Shown in pieces: positions 1 to 14,608 of a stretch of DNA of 64,000 nucleotides. The stretch covers positions 179,816-243,815 of the forward strand of contig JAQGDQ010000355.1 of NCBI GenBank assembly GCA_030141605.1. Direction: 5' to 3'. This DNA is from Tubiluchus corallicola (taxonomy: Eukaryota; Animalia; Priapulida). The translations under genes and the position numbers were made by a program. The notes beneath the pieces were generated by a model. The model was not told where the DNA came from. It ran no database searches and saw nothing but the letters and a program-made list of their open reading frames with translations. Every line of letters starts with the position of its first letter. The stretch's first letter is position 1.

Positions 1-544
1 AAAAGAAGCCAAGTACACAACAAAAGTTATGCAACGAATAGTTTTAATAACTACAATGCACACTTTTTATATTTACAATATTTAACACTTTAATATTTAT
101 ACTTTTTATATGTACAAAAGCCGTTTTTTATATCAGCGTGCTTATACATTGCGGTGTCCGCTAGTTGTGGCGTGCTGTACAAATACGAAAGCCTATTAAC
201 AATGGTATACATTACACGTACAGCCGAATTCACCATTTCTCTTCCACATTTGGCTGTAGATTGAATAAGGTTTTTGGTTGCGAGTGGACGTGGACGACTT
301 AAAATTTGTTGGTCTGTAAAATTGAATAGAAAGCGGTTATGAGCGCTAAGGTTGCAAGTACTACATTTGTGGATGTGATGAAACATCAGTGATGCAAGTA
401 GTTCCACTTAGTGATTGATATGACTGTGGGAGAAGATCCACTAATCAACATGTCTGCTCTTTGTATTGTGCTGCCATTATTGCGCAGCTAATCATGATCC
501 TCCTCATCCAAGCGGTAGAAGCTTTAGTAAATAAATTATGTGAT

Positions 545-1563
545 TTTGTTTTGAGTTGTTAATATTTTACTGGTTTCTAGTAATCATCACTTTGATTATT
601 ACACATGCAAGTGAAACAAGACAGTATTCCTCCTTCACAGGAATTACTGGACTCCATGCATTTGTTTATTGAAAGCAGACAATCGTTTCAACACAACTGT
701 GTTAATCAATGATAGAGATTTAGCCAAAAGAAATGATCAGTCTATTTACGACACTGCAGTTACCAAGGCGAAAAAAATCATTAGAAACGCAAAAGACTGA
801 AACTCAAGTTACTAGAATATAAGTAGAAATACTCCAGAAAGTAGAAATTGCAGAAAAAGATTCAGTAGAAAGGGTAAAAACATTTTACCATTATATAAGG
901 TAATTTCTTTTTAAGGTATTTCTACTTCTGTTTAAGAATCTCTTTCTGGGGTATTTCTGCTTCTGCTTAAGAGAATCTCTTTTTAAGGTATTTCTACTTC
1001 TGTTTAAGAGAATCTCTTTCTGGGGTATTTCTACTTCTGCTTAAGAGAATCTCTTTTTAAGGTATTTCTACTTCTGCTTAAGAGAATCTCTTTTTAAGGT
1101 ATTTCTACTTCTGCTTAAGAGAATCTCTTTTTAAGGTATTTCTACTTCTGTTTAAGAGAATCTCTTTTTAAGGTATTTCTACTTCTGCTTAAGAGAATCT
1201 CTTTTTAATGTATTTCTACTTCTGCTTAAGAGAATCTCTTTGTAAGGTATTTCTACTTCTGCTTAAGAGAATCTCTTTCTGGAGTATTTCTACTTGCATT
1301 CTGGTAACTTGAGTTTCACTCTTTTGATTTTGTAATGATTTTTTTGTCTTGGTAATTGTAGCAACATGGTTGTACTGATTATTTCTTTTGGCTAAATTTC
1401 TAGCATTGTTTATGACAATTGTGTTGAAACAATCATCTAAATTCAAATGTAATCCTACAATAATTCCAGTGTAGGAGGTATACTACATTGTTTCACTGCA
1501 ACAATGTGCTACAATCAAAGTAATGATTACTAGAAAGGAATAAAAAATTAATTACTCAAAAAC
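545..1563. mobile_element. Foldback-like element: ~300-bp diverged inverted arms around a 37-bp minisatellite
   Basis: 545-870 is the reverse complement of about 1270-1563 (e.g. gaaactcaagttactagaat / attctggtaacttgagtttc). Confidence 0.7.
905..1295. repeat. 37-bp minisatellite, about 10 copies
   Basis: Unit gagaatctctttttaaggtatttctacttctgcttaa, period 37 (1045, 1082). Confidence 0.92.
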
Positions 1564-2175
1564 CGATTCCATAAGGCTGACTCTTTCACTTACTATACGC
1601 GATCTCACACTTTGACTGTAACATATACATCCTTTCTTTCAATACTGCAACAGACTTTACCTTCAACTTAAAATTATTACGAAATCAAATATCTCCGTCT
1701 TGGAAACGCCTGAGTTCCATTATCTTAACTTCCGTAACCTAGATTAGCGCTCTGCTAAAATCACACGCACCACTATGGCACTTGTAATTACTTTGCAGCA
1801 GCTCTTCAAGTATTTAACGTTATTAAAATAGTACTTACTTGTCAAGAAGTTATTAATATTTCACGTAGTGGTTGACCAAACATGGGTTTTCATTATGGCA
1901 TACCCTGATCAATATTTCGTGCTGTACTCTACGCTCATGCAACGGCTATATAATGATTCGATAAGCCCGCATTATATGACTTAATCCAACTGATGGTGGG
2001 TCGGTTGTTACTGCTTTGAGCTATACCTGGTCCTGCAAGAGCTATAATTTTTATTGCAACTTCATATAGATTCCTACTTCTGCATGGAAGTCAAGCAGTG
2101 ACTGTTCCGAGAATTTTGTTTCTTGCTGTCATCCACGGTGCACATTCGTCGGCACAGTCCTCGTATTGCTCGTGG

Positions 2176-2448
2176 CATAGGCGTACGCCCCTATTTTTCC
2201 AGGGAGGGCTGGTTGAGCCACGCTTGCCCGAGAAATACAGCGTCAACCCGAAAAAGACCAGAGTTGGGAAATGCCTCCACCCCATGGTAAAAAATGTTCG
2301 GATTTCGGCCACTTCATTTGGCGGCATTTCGTTTAATGAAAAACATTATTTTATTTTTTTAATCATTTGGGCGGTACCCGAAAAAATTGGTGATTGCCCG
2401 AATCTGGGAGAGCTGTAGCTCCCTCTCTCCTTGGCTCGTACGCCTATG
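2176..2448. mobile_element. hAT-like MITE
   Basis: TIRs CATAGGCGTACG / CGTACGCCTATG. Degenerate 8-bp flanks gctcgtgg / gctcataa. Confidence 0.65.
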
Positions 2449-3049
2449 GCTCATAACTATATTAGCTTATTGTTTACTTTACTAATATATATAATTTGTG
2501 CTTAATAAACAATAAATTAATAATTTGCTTCTTCGGTTGAACAGCGTTTTTGCGGCAAGCAGTTTATCAAATACTAAGTTTGTCGTTTCTTTTCTATGGA
2601 CAATGATTACAATTTGTTCAACGCGCCCATTGTTTTTTAGGTTTCTCCTTGACATTAACAATTATATATATATGATTTGATTCAGCAAGCACTTGTGGTG
2701 CGTTAAGTGTACAAACTTTTCATATCAATACTAGTTGTGGTGTGTTAAATCCGTAAATATCAAGACGTTTAAAGCACATCTCAGGCACTGTGGCTTATAA
2801 ACTGAAATTATCTGTTCTCCGTAATATAGAGAGGTCTTGAACTTGCTGTAATTTTGGAGCACTGTTCGCTTATAATATATGAACTCCGCTTTGTTAACAA
2901 GTTGATGTTAATGGTCATCCACGGAAATTTCAAGTTCAAAACTAAATAAAATAAACTAATTTATTTAATTATATTAAGTGATCTAACTTTGGAAATTCGA
3001 ATTTAGTTGGTCAGATGTAAGAGATGTATTTTATACTGCTTTGACCATT

Positions 3050-3125
3050 AGGTGATGCGACGGCCCGACAGTTAAGACATCTGCAATGTAAGGAGAAAGC
3101 CCATGGTTCAAATCCAACCTGCATT
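3050..3125 (+). mobile_element. tRNA-derived SINE head remnant
   Basis: B-box GGTTCAAATCC with a decayed A-box upstream. No complete cloverleaf. Confidence 0.35.
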
Positions 3126-3294
3126 GTGACTTTTCACATTCACTGCTTTTCAAGCTTGGCATCAAGATTTAATAATTGTGGGTTTGTTACATCATTAATA
3201 ATAATCTTACTATTAAGTTTATAATGATTAATTAACAAGTTAATGATTTGAAAGATTATTAAAATGACGGTTACACACAATAATTCTCACTGCA

Positions 3295-4345
3295 TGTTAA
3301 ATAGTAACTTCTGCTGGTAGTGTTACTGATTTGTGTTGAATAGTAACTTCTGCTAGTAGTGTTACTGATTTGTGTTGAATAGTAACTTCTGCTCTGCATG
3401 TTACTGATTTGTGTTGAATAGTAACTTCTGCTCTGAGTGTTACTGATTTGTGTTGAATAGTAACTTCTGCTAGTAGTGTCACTGATTTGTGTTGAATAGT
3501 AACTTCTGCTAGTAGTGTTACTGATTCGTGTTGAATAGTAACTTTTGCTAGTAGTGTTACTGATTCGTGTTGAATAGTAACTTCTACTAGTAGTGTTACT
3601 GATTTGTGTTGAATAGTAACTTCTGCTAGTAGTGTTACTGATTTGTGTTGAATAGTAACTTCTGCTAGTAGTGTTACTGATTTGTGTTAAATAGTAACTT
3701 CTGCTCTGAGTGTTACTGATTTGTGTTGAATAGTAACTTCTGCTAGTTGTGTCACTGATTTGTGTTGAATAGTAACTTCTGCCAGTAGTGTTACTGATTC
3801 GTGTTGAATAGTAACTTTTGCTAGTAGTGTTACTGATTCGTGTTGAATAGTAACTTCTACAAGTAGTGTTACTGATTTGTGTTAAATAGTAACTTCTGCT
3901 AGTAGTGTTACTGATTTGTGTTGAATAGTAACTTCTGCTAGTAGTGTTACTGATTTGTGTTAAATAGTAACTTCTGCTCTGAGTGTTACTGATTTGTGTT
4001 GAATAGTAACTTCTGCTAGTAGTGTTACTGATTTGTGTTGAATAGTAACTTCTGCTAGTAGTGTTACTGATTTGTGTTGAATATTAACTTCTGCTAGTAG
4101 TGTTACTGATTTTTGTTGAATAGTAACTTCTGCTAGTAGTGTTACTGATTTGTGTTGAATAGTAACTTTTGCTAGTAGTGTTACTGATTTGTGTTGAATA
4201 GTAACTTCTGTTAGTAGTGTTACTGATTTGTGTTAAACAGTAACTTCTGCTAGTAGTGTTACTGATTTGTGTTAAATAGTAACTTTTGCTGATAGTGTTA
4301 CTAATTTGGGTTAAATACTAACTTCTGCTAATAGTGTTACCAATA
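3295..4345. repeat. 39-bp minisatellite, about 27 copies
   Basis: Unit gttgaatagtaacttctgctagtagtgttactgatttgt. Confidence 0.95.
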
Positions 4346-4403
4346 TGATTTGAACAGTAACTTATTGATGCGTATATAAATTTTAGAATCTCCCCCTCCA
4401 CCC

Positions 4404-4404
<1 letters not shown>

Positions 4405-4496
<92 letters not shown>

Positions 4497-4504
4497 TGCT
4501 TTTC

Positions 4505-4566
<62 letters not shown>

Positions 4567-4596
4567 CTCTTTCTCTTCTTGCTTTTCCCTCTTTCG

Positions 4597-4652
<56 letters not shown>
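4405..4652. repeat. (CT)n microsatellite
   Basis: Seen directly. Confidence 0.95.
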
Positions 4653-4653
<1 letters not shown>

Positions 4654-5659
4654 TATATACCTCTTGGTTTCTTCATTTTTCTCGCTTGCTGTATCCAGTA
4701 CTCGTGCGTTTGCTAGCATTATTAATAAATTTCCATGAATTAATTATGACTTTTTGACACAAAGCTTATAAGTTGCTTGGCAGCTAATATACCTAGGCAC
4801 GGATACACGTACTTTAAAAGAGAATTCACTCTTTCCTAGTAAAAACATGGCCACGTTAGGTATAAATTACTTTAACAGCTAATCATGAATAATTTTCCAC
4901 GCAGGGTAGCGCGCCAAGTTAATCAGTGTCAGCAACGCTAAGCCTCCCTGGGCAGTGAACACGGTAATTTTCTTGACCAACCGAATATTTTTTGAAACAA
5001 TTTATGCACGAACAAAGTGTTAGTAGTATTTTTAATTTTTAAAAAAATAATTCATCAAACATCAAAAACTTTAAAAACTATACAGACCTTTTGACTGCAC
5101 GGCAATGGTCATATAAATGCAACTGTATTAAATAAACAGTTAATATTATTGAAATAACGTTTTTAAACTTTCTTTAAACAAGATCCGATAAACGAAACAC
5201 TCCGAACAACACTTCATTACAAAATCCGCCAAAGCAGTGGCGGAAACCTTTACAGTCGTCGTCAGCATGTGAGATGTGCATAGCCTAAACAGTCTAATTA
5301 CACGGAATAGCTGGAACCATCGTTAAGAACAATCAAGCTTATACAAGAAACGCAATAAGACGTAAACATGCCTATAATTACTTACATTAATTGGAACTAG
5401 TAATTAGTGTAAGATAGTCAGAATGGACCAACGTGAACTGATCACCTGTATGTTGAATGCCAACACACTGAAGATGATTCAATTCAATTCATTTCAAATT
5501 TTCATTCCAGTAACTAAGATTTCATAAAATACAAATACGGTACTAAAGCGAAATAAAATACAACGAAATGAAAAATACAAGATTGAAATGTAAATACAGG
5601 GTTAGCAAATCAGGAGCTAAATAAATTTTAGAAACTATGTATGTATTATTTCATTCCAT

Positions 5660-6165
5660 TTCACAAGAGAGCTGAACAAGGAAATGTTCAATTTTGTCCC
5701 AAAAAACTTTCCATGCAAATCTATATTACTTAGTATTTCGTTTACCTACTAGAAAGACTTATGTACTTATGTAACTAGAAAAGAAAATTTTTAATTATTG
5801 AAAATGTTTTCATCAGTTGGTAAATGTCGTTGACTCACCTCCAGGGTGCACCACTTACTAACCAAAAACGTATTTTAATCTTATTCATAAGATACAGTAA
5901 TTTAAAATTTCACTTAGTTAGTGACATGTGCACCACGAATGCTCTGATTATTTTTTCAAACTTTACTCAGTGTTATCTACACTTGTTTCAAATGACCTGG
6001 TGTCAAAATGGCTGCGTGTAACGGTCATTGCGGAAATTTAAATTTACATGTTTTGTACAGCGTTACGGCGACGCAAGTCCTGTATGCAAAAAGGCAACAT
6101 GTAAGTGAGATAAAATTTCAAAACGAATTTTTTAAGCTTTATGTCTACGAGTGGGTTTCTTTGCT
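5660..6165 (+). mobile_element. Kolobok/T2-like MITE family B, truncated copy
   Basis: Colinear with about 45080-45553, ends ttctttgct|ttaa. Confidence 0.7.
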
Positions 6166-7324
6166 TTAAATACTGATTTGATCTCGCTCCGTTCTATTGT
6201 ATTCTTACGTGAAAGAATTACGTGAAAGAATTATCATCACAGAAACGTAATTTCGCGACTTCTTCACTTTTACATGCATTTCGCCATTCGCTAGTTAGAC
6301 TGGCACAAGCGCCTGCATCTAGGAAACGTGTTGCACAAAAAACAGCTGCTGTACTTAATTGAATTAATTCAGTAAGCCGTTAATTGACTTTTTAACCTAT
6401 TACTTAATTATCGCAAACACGTTGGCATTACTGTAGGTGTTAAAAATGTTACTTTTTATAGCACTTCAAAATGTTGTATAAAATTTCAAGACAATTTTTT
6501 AAGCTTTGTGTAAATGGAGGGTTTTTTGTGCTCTAAGTTCGCATGTCTTCCCACCTCCCATTCTGTCCATGAGCAGGACATCTCTCAAACAACTGATCAA
6601 TACCTCTAAGTGTAACTATATATGACAGAAGGGTTACCTGTGACCTGCGCAACATTTGTGAAACTGTGAATGGCAAAGGTAAACGTCACGACGTCCGAAA
6701 TCTGCTAGCCGATAATCAGGAATGCTCAAACATTCCACATAGTGTGTTGCTTATGTAATAGCAATATTCCTATTAATATTTTATTAATTTATAGTATGCC
6801 TATAAAATGTTACTTTTTATAGCTCTTCAAAATGGGGTAGAATATGAAACATTATCCTATTGGTTAAAGGGTTAAAGGCGTTTATTTCTCTTTACTAAGC
6901 TTCTGGTAAATAATCAATAATCTGGAGCGACGAATTCAAATAACAAACTCGTATAAAGTATCAATTCGTGGAAATTCTCATTACGTAGATTCTTTGCAAC
7001 TGCTAGCCGTGTCCCCATTGTGTAATACGATCAATAATCAATGAAGTTGGGTGGTTGGCAATATTTGGCTTGTATCGATTACACCATAGTGAATAGCTTT
7101 CCTAGATGGTTGTGCGCATTTGCTCGGGTGTTACATATAAGCGGTCCTGTGTTAATAATTTAATATTAGTGCCATCACGGGTCAGTCTTTCGTTCATTTA
7201 ATGGGATTTCACACGTATCTCATTGGTCACAACTGTTTCATTGCACACAAAATAACTTTGAATGTCAAAACTTGCGTTTTGTTGAGCCTGGATTAGGAGC
7301 AGATACATTTATATCACAGAAAGC

Positions 7325-7852
<528 letters not shown>

Positions 7853-8292
7853 TAACTTTGAATGTCAAAACTTGTGTTTTGTTGAGCCTGGATTAGGAGC
7901 CGTAAAAGAAATCTGCCTGCCATCACCTCTTTAGCTTAATGAACAATGAAACCTCGTCTTAGAAAATAACCATAATAGTTTTGCAATCTTCCAAGATTTT
8001 AACTCTAGGCTCATACACAAACAAAGCACAGATGCAAATAATATAATATAATAATTATATTATAATATTATAATATAATAATTGAGATATAATAATTGTA
8101 ACAAATATCAGTTCTTGGTCAATTAGCGATTTAGTTTTTAATAATTGCGTAATAATTTTAGCAGCGATAAATGTATTTTTCTGGTTATAATTTTTGGTAA
8201 TCTTAATAACATCATATTAGCTACACACAATATTTAACACTATACCATTAATTAATGCATCAATATATCAATGTATATATATAATATTAAAC

Positions 8293-8311
8293 AACCAAAG
8301 TTTAACAGTTA

Positions 8312-8385
<74 letters not shown>

Positions 8386-8532
8386 CTATATTTATATATA
8401 ACACGCGCACGCACCTTCATACCACCCACACACGCTCACACACACACCATCACACGCACACGCACGCACGCACGCACGTGCACACACACACCTTCACAAC
8501 CTCCCACACACGCACGCACGCACGCACGCACA

Positions 8533-8592
<60 letters not shown>

Positions 8593-8612
8593 TAACTGTT
8601 AAACTTTGCTTG
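8293..8612. repeat. Inverted repeat enclosing (TG)n and (CA)n tracts
   Basis: caaagtttaacagttactatgtgtg ... cacacatagtaactgttaaactttg. Confidence 0.85.
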
Positions 8613-8827
8613 CAACTAGAGACCCATTCATGTAAAGATGTATTTTAAAATGGAAGATTAATCATCATGATCATCATAATCATCATAATCATAACCCACT
8701 TTGGAATTCTAGCACAAAGCACTGTCAATGTTTTAACTTTTAACAGTTGGTCCTACATTATGCTAAGCAGGTGAGGCGTGGTGGTTGAGCTAAAGCACCT
8801 GGTGCAACGAAAGTTTCCTTTCTCGTT

Positions 8828-9030
8828 GTCTAGACTCAGTTTTCACAAATGCTGAGATTCAAAGTTGCTGTCTAGACTCAGTATTCACAGGTGCTGAGAT
8901 TCAAAGTTGCTGTCTAGACTCAGTGTTCACAGATGCTGAGATTCAAAGTTGCTATCTAGACTCAGTATTCACAGATGCTGAGATTCAAAGTTGCTGTCTA
9001 GACTCAGTGTTCACAGACGCTGAGATTCAA
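8828..9030. repeat. 42-bp minisatellite, about 5 copies
   Basis: Unit gtctagactcagtattcacagatgctgagattcaaagttgct, period 42. Confidence 0.9.
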
Positions 9031-9651
9031 TTTTGCGTTCAGCAAAATGACCATAATAGTTTTTCAGTCTCCAAGGATTTGAATTAATCAGTCCAGGGCA
9101 GGATAAAAAGAATTTTTGATTACCACGTGAATTCAAGCAAAATGATGTATGCAGCACTTGTAACGCTTGTTCGGATTTGCTGGTTATTCCAGGACAAATT
9201 TGGGAATCTTTCTTGCGCTGGAGATAACAGATACAATTTCAATTGATTGAATTTTTAGCTGAAAATGTTTGCAGAACCTCCAAGGAATTAACTCGCAAAT
9301 CCGTCATCTACAGTTATGTTTGTCCCAGTATAGATTTTAGGCAAATTAGTGAACAAACAGAATACATGGCAGCGAGCAAATAATGGGAGGCTGCGTGGCA
9401 ATGTAAAATTATTTCTGATGATGCGAATGCAATAATTAGATTTGTCAAGAGAATTTCTGAGGCTGGTCGTTATCGCTAATCGTGTCATTACGGAACAGTG
9501 TGCCTGTGACCTAGGGAGGGAGGTAGTTTAGTCTTTTCACGGCATGTGGGAGAAAGCGAGAGAGAGAGAGAGAGAGAGAGGGAAGAGAGAAAGGAATAGA
9601 GAGAGAGAAAGAGAGAGAGAGAGAAGAGAGGGATAGAGAGAGAAACACTAT

Positions 9652-9763
<112 letters not shown>

Positions 9764-10035
9764 TAGACAAGTGCAGTAGGCAGAAACTTCTTAAGATGGC
9801 AAGAGAGATTTACGAGAAACGGATCATGACAAAGGTGTATGGACAATCGCGCTCTCAATGACATGTCCAGAAAATTTGGCAAAAAATTCAATAAGCAAGG
9901 AAACCAATGCTTCGCGTTTCGGACATCCTATTGTGCTCTATCTAATTCGTAATTATTAAGAATTTTAATGTGCAGGCCTAACAGTTATTGTATGATTTGT
10001 GTTTTACCACGGACAGTACGCTTGCTCATATTTAA

Positions 10036-10476
10036 AGGACAAGAAAATGCCTAGTTAAAGCAAATGTCAGAAAATTTTCGCTAAAGAATTATAACGGTTA
10101 GAGGCAATCTTAAGCGTTTATCATACTCACGTTAAAAGAATTTCCTGTTTGCATTCATTTTAAATACTCCCGCGAGACTGTCACGGCGGCGCCATATTAG
10201 ATGACGTCACAGAACCACAACACGAATCTTTATAGTACACGTGCTCAGAACTCACTGCGACTGTGTTCGAGTGATGTCATGCCACGTGATCAGTCACATG
10301 CTGGCTCTTCAACTGGATGTCTGCGCCAACGTTTACTACTGCGGTTGAAATATTTTACAAAAATTGGAGTAAATGCGAAAACGTGAGTACTTTATCGCTT
10401 AAGATTGTACTTAGGTGATATATCTTTTTATTGCGCATTTTCTGTGGCTTACTTTAGTCGGCCATTTTCTTGTCCT
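10036..10476 (+). mobile_element. Kolobok/T2-like MITE family A
   Basis: TTAA|AGGACAAGAAAATG ... CATTTTCTTGTCCT|TTAA. A second copy lies at 48650-49109 in the opposite orientation. Confidence 0.88.
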
Positions 10477-10517
10477 TTAATTATATGTATAATGATGATA
10501 GATGATTTACATTTTAG

Positions 10518-10737
10518 GGATTTGGAGGAGGACTTTGCAACGTACGCCGAGACTGTTGTCCGTCGTGCTTCTCTCGTCAGTATAGAAGACAAAGACAAGA
10601 ATCTCTGCCCCATCTGTCACGAGAACGAAGTCCAGATCGAATCCTCGGACATCAATAAGGAAGGACAGAAGTGTCAGGACTGCGACAGAGTTGTCTGCTT
10701 AGAATGCGGAGGTGCTACACGCGATGTAAAAGGGGAG
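10518..10737 (+). CDS. PCLO: Piccolo/RIM-like gene, first identified exon: zinc finger N-terminal part
   Basis: ttttag acceptor at 10517 and GAG|gtacgt donor. Encodes LCPICHENEVQ...KCQDCDRVVCLECGG (six of the eight Cys of a FYVE-like Piccolo/RIM Zn finger). Phase 2 in, phase 0 out. Confidence 0.85.
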
Positions 10738-11404
10738 GTACGTAAGCGAATACTCCATAAGTAGATGAAATCTGGGTCAAAAGGATTCATGAATCTCCGT
10801 ACACGTGCAAGTGACACTGACAAGTTTACATGCTTAATCATCTAGCTCGTGTTGCTATGGCTTCTATTGCCGTCTTTTATTAAAACATCGCGCTTTCTTA
10901 GTTTTAAAAATGTACATTTTTGAACAAAACAAAAAATTCAAATAATAATTTGTTTTACATTTCATAAAATACGTAAAGTACCCGAGTGTCGCGAACTAAA
11001 AGAAACTGTTTCTGGTTTTGCTTGTTTGCTCTTGAACGTGGGATTTTAATATATAAACTTTATTTATTTTGAGTGGATTTACAACATAGTAACTATTACT
11101 GATCACAGTATCTCCACTACGTGCAGTGATGAAATATACAATTAGTTAGTTTGAGTATGTAATAACTCAAAATAGTTATTTCAAAGATATGACTAGTTCA
11201 TTTGTTAATACTTAATAAAAATTTACAAAACCCATACATTAGATACGACAACAGAAACGATTATCGATGTACATAAGCCTATAAGCCCATGTAAACTATA
11301 AGTTGTACATTGTAATGTACAATGTTGCTACTTCATTCAGATGTCCAATACATGTGTAATTAATAATACAATAACAATATATTATTTAATGCTATTTAAT
11401 GCAA

Positions 11405-11720
11405 TTTAGTGTAGTATTACAGTTATTACAGCAGTACATATAGTTGATTTTAGCATAAGTTGTTTATTAATGAGTACTTGATTAAGAGGCAGCCTACATA
11501 ATAACTTAGAATACAATTATACGTACAATACAATAATAGAATTATCACAAATTTATTATTATTACAATTATTACAGTTATAATACAATTATACAATTAGT
11601 GTAGTATTACAGTTATTACAGCAGTACATATAGTTGATTTTAGTATAAGTTGTCTATTAATGACTACTTGATTGAAAGCATGTCTACATAATAACTTAAA
11701 ATACAATTATACGTACAATC
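11405..11720. repeat. Local direct duplication (~130 bp, period 190)
   Basis: tagtgtagtattacagttattacagcagtacatatagttg at 11407 and 11597. Confidence 0.85.
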
Positions 11721-12194
11721 AATCAGCAAAACGTTTAGTGGAATTTATGAAGTTGTGCAACAATTTGAAGAGAATGCCACTGGATGAATGACTGCGATTT
11801 TAATATGACTGAGGGTTTTTTGCATCTAGATGAAGTTCATGAAAAGCATATTATAAGAAATTAGTATTTATTGATATTCGCTGTAGTTCCTAGTTAGAGA
11901 TAAAATCAAAGCAAAGAGCCATTGTTTAATACATCATGTTACAAATACCTATTAACAATAATGTTAGAAGGACAGACATATGTACATATTGAATGCCAGG
12001 AATAATACGAAATAAAGGTTAGACGTCACATTGAATTTACGACAATAGGTGTTAGTATCTATATAATCTGTGTACAACGACGTACTATTAGGGAACATTA
12101 TAAGGATAGCCTCTATGAGGAAGACTACGTTCTTACTATATACAGAAGACTTCGTAATAAGCCTTAACAAACTACAGTAGAATAAAGCCGGTTT

Positions 12195-12553
12195 TCCTTT
12201 GACCCAATCTTAAACTGCAGGTCAAAACAATCTACTCTTTAAAATATTGGATGGAAAAACTATTTTTCCTCAATGCGTTACGTGAAAGAATTATTACCAC
12301 ACAGACACAATTTCACGTTCGCGCCCCTAGTTCTTCATGCAGTTACATGCAGTTCGCCATTCCTTAGTTAGACGGTCACTAGCGCCTGCATTTCGAAAAC
12401 GCGTTGCATAAAAATAGGTGCTGTACCTCTCAGTTTCGATGCGTTCGTTTCTGGCGTACTGCACACGTTCGGCATTGGGCACACGTTGAAATTTGATTTT
12501 TTTCTTAAAACTTGCCTAATTTTAGTACAACACACTGAATATCTTACAGTATT
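12195..12553 (-). mobile_element. Kolobok-like MITE family D, partial
   Basis: Colinear with about 46100-46460. Confidence 0.65.
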
Positions 12554-12554
12554 T

Positions 12555-13210
<656 letters not shown>

Positions 13211-13673
13211 TTTATTACCTGGATGGAATAACTTACGCTCTCTTTGCGACCCTAGTTTCATACAAATATGCCATAGATTACTGTTCAACTCCTACAATTT
13301 TTGAGGTGGATAATTTTAATCTAGAAAAAGTTCGCGAGATATAAAAAAACATGTGTAAACATAAACAAATATTAGAGAAGTTTGGGAAATTTATTTTTTA
13401 TGTCATAGTTTGAAAAGCAACATGACAGTGACTAAGTGTGCAGTGAGTTCATTGCTATGCTTTTCACTTCTGCTTGATCAATCGAAAGAATCTGTTATTG
13501 TAAAACTTGATTTTCAAGGAATTGTCATGATCGATTAGGTTTTGGTGAAGTAAAAGCTGTTCTGCTTTTAACTTCATTCACTCTGAGCTTTTGCTGTTTG
13601 GCAACAAGAAAGTGCCAGAAATGATACAAGCGCATTATAAATTGGTTATTTTCTTATTTACTTCCATATTTAA

Positions 13674-14040
13674 AGGAAGACAGGATGATTTTTCATACTC
13701 TATCGCATTTTCAAGTCCAGTAGAAAGTATACATTTTAACACAATTAATACTGCAAATATTAGTTTCCGATAATTCAATAATAGATTTAAAACTTAATTA
13801 ACGGCGGGCGAGCCCAATTAGTGATGACATCACAAACTAACATAATTTTCAGCAGCAAAAATATTCCATTAGCGTGTTGCATGTGTTTACGAAAGTGAAA
13901 ATTGAAGTACAGTGCTTCTGTAAGACATTCGGTGTGTTGTACTAAAACTAGGCAAGTTTTAAGATAAAAATTCAAATTTCAAATTTACTGCTGTACTCAC
14001 GCATGAGCTGTCGAACGTGTGCAGTTTATCAGAAACTAAT
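13674..14040 (+). mobile_element. Kolobok-like MITE family D, partial
   Basis: TTAA|AGGAAGACAGGATGATTTTTC terminus. Reverse complement of about 46330-46700. Confidence 0.75.
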
Positions 14041-14362
14041 ACAACTGAACTGCGAGGTACAGCACATGTTTTTCGTGCATTACGCTTTTCTACCATATTG
14101 TTATACTGTTTTCGTGAGAATGATTATGAAATCCGTGAGAGAATTTTTGCTCGTAGGGTTTAATATCAATGTAAAAGAGAGTACCACGTAATCGTAAGAG
14201 GTACTCGATCGAGTTGATTTATGCAGCTAAATAAGATTCTAAATAAAACTCGACTACCAACACCTGTCGAGTGACCTTGACCTTTGACATTGACATTGAA
14301 AACGGAATTTATATTGAAAATGTCGACTGCACTCAAAAAATAACAGACATGTATGTTTTTAG

Positions 14363-14608
14363 AAAGTGGAGTGGTTATGCAGCATGTGCCAAAGACGCAG
14401 AAAACTTGTCACCAGCACAGGACTGTGGTACCATGGTTACAACGGAGGCAGAGAATTAGCTGATGTAGAAATACAACTAGAGATGCTAGAAACAGAGGAG
14501 GAGAAAGATAAATTTGTTGAGCAATTGCAGTTAGAGCATCAAGCTGTGATCCTGGCTCGACAGATGCAAGCAGAACTTCAAGTAAAGGAAAACGGAGCTT
14601 GTGACAAG
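14363..14608 (+). CDS. PCLO: Piccolo-like exon: zinc finger C-terminal part plus helix
   Basis: tttttag acceptor and AAG|gtaaga donor. KVEWLCSMCQRRRKLVTSTGLWYHG supplies the last CxxC and an SGAWF-like motif. Phase 0/0. Confidence 0.88.

Noticed and set aside
2091-2418. ORFs 2091-2327 and 2098-2418
   Set aside because: Both run largely through the hAT-like MITE at 2176-2448.
3050-3125. tRNA gene
   Set aside because: Only a B-box is clear, and no acceptor or anticodon stems can be folded. More likely a SINE remnant.
3295-4345. CRISPR-like array of palindromic repeats
   Set aside because: Units are head-to-tail with no unique spacers, there are no cas genes, and the context is eukaryotic.
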